The translations under genes were made by a program, and so were the position numbers. A stretch of DNA of 64,000 bases, taken from IMG/VR virus record IMGVR_UViG_3300009661_000001, positions 637 to 64,636 of that record. One strand, written 5' to 3'. Below the pieces are notes generated by a model. That model worked only from the letters and a program-made list of their open reading frames with translations, searched no databases and was not told the origin of the DNA. This stretch comes from a virus. Shown here one piece after another: positions 58,387 through 64,000 of this stretch (the first letter of the stretch is position 1; each line of letters begins with the position of its first letter).

Positions 58387-59436
58387 TCACCCATATTGTT
58401 TGATATACTTGAGGATGTCGTTGATGACCTTCAACTGGTTTTCTTCATTAAGGTTTTCTTCATTAATGGCACCAATGGTGACCACGGGTTTCTTGCCATG
58501 ATCGTAGTCGTAGAATTCAAATACCGTTTTCTCTGCACCGTAGCGACCGCTGCCACTCCAGCCCATAAGCTCCATAATACGTGGCTCGCCTTCTTCGTCT
58601 TTTGGTGGGTATTTGACGAACTTCGTTTCGTAGTAGGCTTTATTCTGGATAGTCTTTGCTTGGTAACCTTGCAAGGTCATCAGGTGTACGATGTCTTTGA
58701 CACCCTTCTCTGCGACCTGAGACAACTGAGTTGAGCGAGCCATCAGCTTCTGTTCGGCTGCGGTCAACGCAAGTTTATCAAATGCTTTTAGGCGGGATGC
58801 TGCCTCGATCTTGAATGCTCTAACCATGCGTTCTGGCAGAGGTCGTGCGAAGGCCGTGGCTTTCTTGGCAGCTGTAAATGCTTGCGCCCGTGTGAAAGTG
58901 TGGCCGTTCTCGCAGCTACTCGTGGCCTTAGTGTCGTCTGGTGTACGGGCTGTGGAAGTAATACGACCACTACAGGTTGGGCATGGTGTTTCGTAAATAC
59001 TGGTCATTGCTTGAACTCCCGTTGGTTTGTCTTGTGGTGATTTCTTGTAGAGCTTGCGTAATTCTTCTTTGGCTTTATGGAGCCGATCTTTATCAGGGCT
59101 CATTAGTTTCTTGCCAGCGCGATTTACATAGAAGCTTATGGCCCCCATCGCTGCCTTAAAATCGTCCTTATACCTATTCTTCAAGGTCCTAGCTAATTCA
59201 CCAGGTTGCATCTTGAAGGTAGTGTCATCAGGGTTACCGGATAATGGCGGTTTCTCCTGATTCTTAATCTTGGTCTTACGTTCGACCTTCTCCGACCAAT
59301 CACGGTCATACGCTTTAATGCGTGCGGCGGCTTCGATGGCATCCTTCATGGAAAACTCGTGGTTGTTGTAGCACTGGGCTATTGAGCCACTGTAGGTCGC
59401 AGCAGGAGGTGAGCCACATATTGGACATACCTTCAT
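58387..59436 (-). CDS. Multi-module protein: zinc ribbon - tag - DUF3175-like - zinc ribbon - tag - unknown
   Basis: CPIC...C.N.H.F and CPTC...C.N.H.F; internal IEAAARIKA and KIEAASRLKA; AMGAISFYVNRAG. Confidence 0.7.
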   Translation of the reverse strand: MKVCPICGSPPAATYSGSIAQCYNNHEFSMKDAIEAAARIKAYDRDWSEKVERKTKIKNQEKPPLSGNPDDTTFKMQPGELARTLKNRYKDDFKAAMGAISFYVNRAGKKLMSPDKDRLHKAKEELRKLYKKSPQDKPTGVQAMTSIYETPCPTCSGRITSTARTPDDTKATSSCENGHTFTRAQAFTAAKKATAFARPLPERMVRAFKIEAASRLKAFDKLALTAAEQKLMARSTQLSQVAEKGVKDIVHLMTLQGYQAKTIQNKAYYETKFVKYPPKDEEGEPRIMELMGWSGSGRYGAEKTVFEFYDYDHGKKPVVTIGAINEENLNEENQLKVINDILKYIKQYG

Positions 59437-59448
59437 CGTCTACTCCTT

Positions 59449-60255
59449 TTAAGCCGTCGAGAACTTCATCTTGGTCTTCAGATGAGAAAGCCCTTGTTTG
59501 ACAGTTGGGTTGGAGGGCGCGTGTTTGAATGCCGTATAGCATAGGGCAATCATCAGGTTATACGGTATTGAGACTGCGAGCCAAGAAGGACTTGGCCACG
59601 GTGTAGCCAAGCCTGCTACCACCAGACTGATTGCCAATAATCCTTGCGGCGAGGTGAACAGTTCAGCCGCAGACCAATGACCATGCAGCGCTGCTTTAAT
59701 GAGGGCTGCAAAGTCCATATCAAGGTCTGGGTGTGCTGTAAAGTTGCCGGCTAAAAACGCCCAGATCAGCAGGCCAGCTACGGCGGGACCAGCGAGGCGT
59801 CGCAGAATTGGGTACTCTTCCAAAAACTCATCAAGCTTTAATGCACCGGAATGCAGCTTTTGGAAAGCTCGGGTTTCATGAAGCTTAGAGAACAAGGTCA
59901 GTATGCCTTCTTTGTACAAGGTCGCAAAAGCCTTGATCGGTTTGACCAAAGAGGCCACCGTGAACTTAATTGCCTTAAGTAGCGCAAACATTGGGCGTGT
60001 CTTGAAGGCCTCAACGATAGCGCTAATTTCTAGGCCCGTTTCCTTGGCGACCTCACTTACCATCGATTTAATGTGTTGAAAGAAATCGTTGATTTGATCG
60101 ACACCAGTTTTGATCGATTTCCAGATGTCAAGTGCATGTACTTTGTTTGGCTCATTGATATTGTCGAGCAGTGCCGTCCAGTGTGCATACTGGATTTGAG
60201 AGGCTAAAGTTCGGTGACGTGATGCCAACAGTCGGGCGTGTGCTTCGATCTTCAT
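59449..60255 (-). CDS. MKIEA-tagged protein with hydrophobic C-terminal helices
   Basis: MKIEAHARLLA; LAGPAVAGLLIWAFLAG and GLLAISLVVAGLA segments. Confidence 0.7.
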   Translation of the reverse strand: MKIEAHARLLASRHRTLASQIQYAHWTALLDNINEPNKVHALDIWKSIKTGVDQINDFFQHIKSMVSEVAKETGLEISAIVEAFKTRPMFALLKAIKFTVASLVKPIKAFATLYKEGILTLFSKLHETRAFQKLHSGALKLDEFLEEYPILRRLAGPAVAGLLIWAFLAGNFTAHPDLDMDFAALIKAALHGHWSAAELFTSPQGLLAISLVVAGLATPWPSPSWLAVSIPYNLMIALCYTAFKHAPSNPTVKQGLSHLKTKMKFSTA

Positions 60256-60263
60256 GTGTGGTC

Positions 60264-60881
60264 CTAGGAAGAGAACGGGTCCGTTATAATTGGGTCTTCA
60301 CCGCGCATCATTATATTTTTACTGTGCAAATCAAGGCGGATTTTTCCGCCGACGGTTTTAACAATAAACTTAGCGACTAGCGCAATATCTCGATCTTTCT
60401 TTTGTTTGGCCAGGTCTTCCCATACCTCTGTTATGTTAAGTCCCATATTCACGTACTCCGGTGAATTTAGTTCTTTTATTTCGTCTGACCGACCAGCCGT
60501 TAGAAATAAATAAGTCCCAAACTGCATGTAGTCCCTTCGTTTCATGGGAGTCAATTTCTCCATAAAAACCAAACGCAGGTCTCTGAATTCTGTTTCGTCT
60601 CCATCAAAGGCTTTATCGGCTTCTACTACCTGGAGTATCTTGGGCATATACTTATTAGCGTTCTTTTGGCTAAACTTAATATATGCTTCATATCCAAGAT
60701 CAGTACCAGTCAAAATTTTAACCACTACATTAGGCATGGTAGGATGCTGAAATACATTTGCATAAAGGCCACTACCTACCTGCTTGAGACCCAGCTTCTT
60801 AAGGCGGTCTATGTATTCGTACAAGCGTTCGGCTATCATCATTTTTGTCGCAACCAATCGCTGCGCTGCCTCGATCTTCAT
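60264..60881 (-). CDS. MKIEA-tagged protein-kinase-like enzyme
   Basis: Gly-loop VGSGLYANVF, VVKI lysine, catalytic DLHSKN, metal-binding ITDP. Confidence 0.8.
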   Translation of the reverse strand: MKIEAAQRLVATKMMIAERLYEYIDRLKKLGLKQVGSGLYANVFQHPTMPNVVVKILTGTDLGYEAYIKFSQKNANKYMPKILQVVEADKAFDGDETEFRDLRLVFMEKLTPMKRRDYMQFGTYLFLTAGRSDEIKELNSPEYVNMGLNITEVWEDLAKQKKDRDIALVAKFIVKTVGGKIRLDLHSKNIMMRGEDPIITDPFSS

Positions 60882-60899
60882 TTAAGGCTCCTTATATGT
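60868..60899 (-). repeat. 32-nt direct repeat, copy A (RBS + tag start)
   Basis: ACATATAAGGAGCCTTAAATGAAGATCGAGGC; 31/32 identical to 62150..62181. Confidence 0.9.
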
Positions 60900-61001
60900 T
60901 GGGTACCAGTGCAGAATCTTAACCCTAGATTTAGGCGGCATCAACATGGTTACTTCATCCTCCTCGGGAAGATGGGAGTATATTGCTGCCTCGATTTTCA
61001 T
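60882..61001 (-). CDS. 39-aa MKIEA-initiated mini-ORF (possible remnant)
   Basis: MKIEAAIYSHLPEEDEVTMLMPPKSRVKILHWYPTYKEP*; fills the gap between two genes exactly; below the track cutoff. Confidence 0.55.
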   Translation of the reverse strand: MKIEAAIYSHLPEEDEVTMLMPPKSRVKILHWYPTYKEP

Positions 61002-61002
61002 A

Positions 61003-61509
61003 CTATACCTTCGTCAATTGGTTAGAGCTGAACAAACCATAGGTTTCTATATTGTTGTTTTGGCCCTCATACGCCTTTATCGCGTCGAACCCGGCTGCCT
61101 TAAGAACCTGAATAAGTTGAGGTAATTCCATATACCACTCCCACACTTCTTTGTGACCACTGTATGCCGCGGAAAGACGGCGTAATTCTTCGACCAATTT
61201 ACGACCAAGTACATCGCTTATATGATGTTGCTTAAATTGACCTAGTACGCCATCCCGTATTCTAGAACAAACTTCATTGAGTTTAACCTGTGTCGTCAGC
61301 GTCCTGAACCCAAATTCAAACGGGTGTACTACATTCACATGAAATGCGTAAACATGGTCCGCATCCTTTGCATACTCCAAGGCGTAGTTATGATCTGACG
61401 TTACAAATATCAAATGTTGATTTCTAGCATGATCCTCTTTCCAGGTTTCGTTTAAACCTCGGTAGAAAACCTGTGAAGCTTTCAATCTTGTTGCCGCTTC
61501 GATTTTCAT
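61003..61509 (-). CDS. MKIEA-tagged ADP-ribosyltransferase-like protein (ART-PolyVal-like)
   Basis: FYRG first strand, FVTSD...A.EYA, H.N..HPF and GFDAI...E.Y..F...Q tail. Confidence 0.65.
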   Translation of the reverse strand: MKIEAATRLKASQVFYRGLNETWKEDHARNQHLIFVTSDHNYALEYAKDADHVYAFHVNVVHPFEFGFRTLTTQVKLNEVCSRIRDGVLGQFKQHHISDVLGRKLVEELRRLSAAYSGHKEVWEWYMELPQLIQVLKAAGFDAIKAYEGQNNNIETYGLFSSNQLTKV

Positions 61510-61898
61510 ATGCGGTCCTTGGGGTAATCAGGGAGGTCGACTAATTGATTTGCCATCGCGTGCGTGCAATCGCCTAGGAACTGAATCTTACCAGGTGTCG
61601 ATCCGTCTGCGGAACCCACAAAACTATGGCAGTAAGACGGTTTCGGCTTACCCTGGGCATCCAGTACCCAATCACCAGTCCATAAACCATCGCCGCCTAT
61701 GACCACTTCGTGACCTGAAACACCAACAGACGGACTAAATACTGGCAGATCACCAGAGCCATTCCATGCCCATCCATTAGGTGGGGCAACGCTAACTGCA
61801 TGAGGTTTCTTACAGGCCGGGCAGAAAAACAAAGTATAGCCTGCGTCGGACATCATCAGTTTGGTACCCTTGCGTTTCATTTCATTTTCTGGACTCAT
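61506..61898 (-). CDS. DUF6527-like protein
   Basis: CPAC..PH, W.WNG....P.FSPSV, CHSFV...G.IQFLGDCTH; likely start 61898. Confidence 0.65.
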   Translation of the reverse strand: MSPENEMKRKGTKLMMSDAGYTLFFCPACKKPHAVSVAPPNGWAWNGSGDLPVFSPSVGVSGHEVVIGGDGLWTGDWVLDAQGKPKPSYCHSFVGSADGSTPGKIQFLGDCTHAMANQLVDLPDYPKDRI

Positions 61899-61899
61899 A

Positions 61900-62163
61900 T
61901 TATTCCCCGTAAAGCTTTCGTAATTCGTCTTTGGCCTTCTCCAGGTTCTCTTTATTTTCGACCTTGTCGCCACCGCGGTTGATGTAGAAATTTAAAGCCG
62001 ACATAGCGGACTTCAGGTCAGAGTGAAGCTTCTTTAAGCCTTTGGCGATGGCGGCCCCACTTTTCTTGAACAACCCTTCTGGTGGATGGTTCTCTACCTT
62101 TTCGGTAACGGGTTGACTCCATTTGTCGGCTTTCAGTAACCGTGCTGTGGCCTCGATCTTCAT
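61900..62163 (-). CDS. MKIEA-tagged DUF3175-like protein
   Basis: KWS..VT...SAMSALNFYINRGG...LEKAKDELRKLYG. Confidence 0.7.
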   Translation of the reverse strand: MKIEATARLLKADKWSQPVTEKVENHPPEGLFKKSGAAIAKGLKKLHSDLKSAMSALNFYINRGGDKVENKENLEKAKDELRKLYGE

Positions 62164-62181
62164 TCAAGGCTCCTTATATGT
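62150..62181 (-). repeat. 32-nt direct repeat, copy B (RBS + tag start)
   Basis: ACATATAAGGAGCCTTGAATGAAGATCGAGGC. Confidence 0.9.
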
Positions 62182-62479
62182 CGTAGACTTCAAGGGTTCC
62201 ACCGTCGTCCGGCGGATCATTTAACACGATACCGATTTCGTCATTCCATTTATCCCACACGTACAGCTTGGTATCTCCTTTGCGACCAGTCTTAGGCTGA
62301 CCCAATTTCTTGGTCAAAATCTTGAGGACCTCTGTGGCCGAGGTGTACAATTCGTAGGTTGCGCTACCAGATACTATGTGTACCAGGTCGGCATCGATAC
62401 CCATATTGCTGAGTAACTTTTCGGTCATACCCCAATTGGTATCAGCCGCCTTAAGTCGTTGGACTGCCTCGATCTTCAT
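62174..62479 (-). CDS. MKIEA-tagged hypothetical protein
   Basis: MKIEAVQRLKA; GGAGG RBS. Confidence 0.75.
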   Translation of the reverse strand: MKIEAVQRLKAADTNWGMTEKLLSNMGIDADLVHIVSGSATYELYTSATEVLKILTKKLGQPKTGRKGDTKLYVWDKWNDEIGIVLNDPPDDGGTLEVYDI

Positions 62480-63261
62480 TTGAAGCCTCCTATGAAGGAT
62501 TGGACAGCCATTCCACCTGCATTAAATAAACGCTGACGAGTAGCCTTATTCATGTTGCGATCAAGTGAGGAAGCGTAACCTGTTTCAACAAAGGCCACCT
62601 GTGCACCTTCCAGCGATGCGATATCGATGTGGGCTGCCTCAGAGGCATTCATCATTAGGTTGAGCATATGCATGGGACGATTGAGTAATGTCAGTGGTGA
62701 TGTGTCATTCGCCACCAGCTGAATACCGATGCGGGGTCGCGCGCGGGTCAGCCGGTCAATCGGTATGTTGTTGCTCAGGCCACCGTCAACCATTTGTATG
62801 CCGTCGTAGTTGAAAGGCTCGTAAACGAACGGTATAGAAGTCGACGCCCGTACTGCATCGGCGATCAAAGCATGTGGTGTAGCGTAACGGCTAAACTCAA
62901 ATGGTTTTTCTGCCTTTACGTCGGACGCTATTACTGTCAGATCATGGTCCAGTTCGATAAACGTTTTTTCTTCCGTCATTTGAAGCAACCACTCATGCAG
63001 ATTATTGCCGTTGCACCAACTAATACCTGGCCAGGACGATGGTGTAGGCGTCAACATCGACGACCAATCGTTATTCATCGTCAATTCGACCAGCGAATCG
63101 ATATCGTGACCGCATGCGTATAAGGCTGCTACAATAGAGCCTCCACTGGTACCAGCTACTTCCTCAGGTATCAAACCTGCTTTGAGTAAAGCAGATAAAG
63201 CACCTACGTGAGCCGGGAATTTAAAACCACTGCCACTAAAGGCCGTATTGATTGCAGTCAT
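62476..63261 (-). CDS. Patatin-like phospholipase
   Basis: FSGSG oxyanion loop, GTSGG nucleophile elbow, DGG catalytic Asp. Confidence 0.9.
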   Translation of the reverse strand: MTAINTAFSGSGFKFPAHVGALSALLKAGLIPEEVAGTSGGSIVAALYACGHDIDSLVELTMNNDWSSMLTPTPSSWPGISWCNGNNLHEWLLQMTEEKTFIELDHDLTVIASDVKAEKPFEFSRYATPHALIADAVRASTSIPFVYEPFNYDGIQMVDGGLSNNIPIDRLTRARPRIGIQLVANDTSPLTLLNRPMHMLNLMMNASEAAHIDIASLEGAQVAFVETGYASSLDRNMNKATRQRLFNAGGMAVQSFIGGFK

Positions 63262-63264
63262 ATG

Positions 63265-63807
63265 TCACCTATTTTCGATTAGCAGTAGGACCTCAGGGTC
63301 GGTCCATTTGGCGCCTGGTGAAGTTTCATAGGCTCCACCTTTAACCTGGCGTATGGTCTTCACGTTGTACTGAGTACCAAGGCGTTTCCAAAGGTTGTGG
63401 CTCATACGTGACTGCCTGCTATCTGATATGAGATTAAACACGGTTATGGCCCACTCGTACATACCCAGCATTACACCTCGCCCACGCATATCTGGTATTA
63501 AGTAAGAGGACGCTGTTCCAACTTGAAGGGTTTTGTCATCAAGCCATATACGCTTTGGTGTAATGTGCAGACTTCCGACCGCCGTACTGTCGCGGAAACA
63601 TATGAGGTTGATTCCTTTGTGGATGCCGGTTTTGCAGTCATAGACCCGAAAGTGAATACCATTTCTTTGTCCGAGTGTTTTAAAGGCATCCGGTTTTTCC
63701 GCAAAGACCTCTGTCATATCACCAAGTACACTGCGCCCCATGCTGTCGCTGTAGCCTTCTTTTACGATTCTCACTGACCTCAACCTTAACGCAGCTTCGA
63801 GTCTCAT
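63265..63807 (-). CDS. Tagged (MRLEAALRL) GNAT-fold protein
   Basis: MRGRGVMLGMY; SDSRQS..S..LW..L; resembles 55381..55944. Confidence 0.65.
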   Translation of the reverse strand: MRLEAALRLRSVRIVKEGYSDSMGRSVLGDMTEVFAEKPDAFKTLGQRNGIHFRVYDCKTGIHKGINLICFRDSTAVGSLHITPKRIWLDDKTLQVGTASSYLIPDMRGRGVMLGMYEWAITVFNLISDSRQSRMSHNLWKRLGTQYNVKTIRQVKGGAYETSPGAKWTDPEVLLLIENR

Positions 63808-63810
63808 ACA

Positions 63811-63999
63811 TCACCTGTTGACGGTTGGATATGGGAGACCGGAGCGGTATGGACCCCAAGGAGACGCTGGGGTAATCGTGATACCCACCGAACCCAAAGC
63901 ACCCTGCGCAAGCTTCGATAGGTCTGCCGAACCATCGCCTGACGTTTGACCCTTAATGATAAGGTTCTGCTTGAAGGGCTTGATTTCATTGTCGAGGCG
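63811..63999 (-). CDS. C-terminal end of a gene entering from beyond the window
   Basis: Frame reads RLDNEIKPFKQNLIIKG...PYPTVNR* (TGA at 63811-63813), more protein-like than track ORF 63804..63989. Confidence 0.6.
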   Translation of the reverse strand, partial: RLDNEIKPFKQNLIIKGQTSGDGSADLSKLAQGALGSVGITITPASPWGPYRSGLPYPTVNR

Positions 64000-64000
64000 C

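Noticed and set aside
63804-63989. Track ORF of 61 aa at the window end
   Set aside because: An alternative frame open to the window edge (stop at 63811-63813) is more protein-like.

Overview
64-kb segment of a large lytic myophage (contractile tail, T4-like tube/sheath, assemblin-type prohead protease, own replisome); no bacterial housekeeping genes, tRNAs or CRISPR array seen. Layout: 1-20 kb minus strand, four long tail-fibre genes (three followed by a propeller-like partner) plus a lysis cassette, with one plus-strand 5'-3' exonuclease; 20-35.6 kb mostly plus strand, replication/recombination (Cas4-like nuclease, clamp loader, SbcC-like ATPase, clamp, SF2 helicase, DnaB); 35.8-47.5 kb minus strand, tail tube/sheath and head genes; 47.5-64 kb minus strand, a 1528-aa SNF2 ATPase and an accessory island. 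Two main observations: (1) 14 otherwise unrelated ORFs start with the same peptide, M-K-I-E-A-x-x-R-L, conserved at protein rather than codon level. Two sit between the prohead protease and the scaffold; the others include four GNATs, a kinase and an ADP-ribosyltransferase-like protein. This suggests a capsid-targeting tag for a virion-delivered effector kit (inference). (2) A ~52-nt three-way-junction element with compensatory stem changes precedes two unrelated free-standing endonuclease genes. Several genes also carry single-nucleotide lesions (two in-frame stops, one frameshift, one missing start); these may be assembly errors. Family names come from motif recognition, not database searches.
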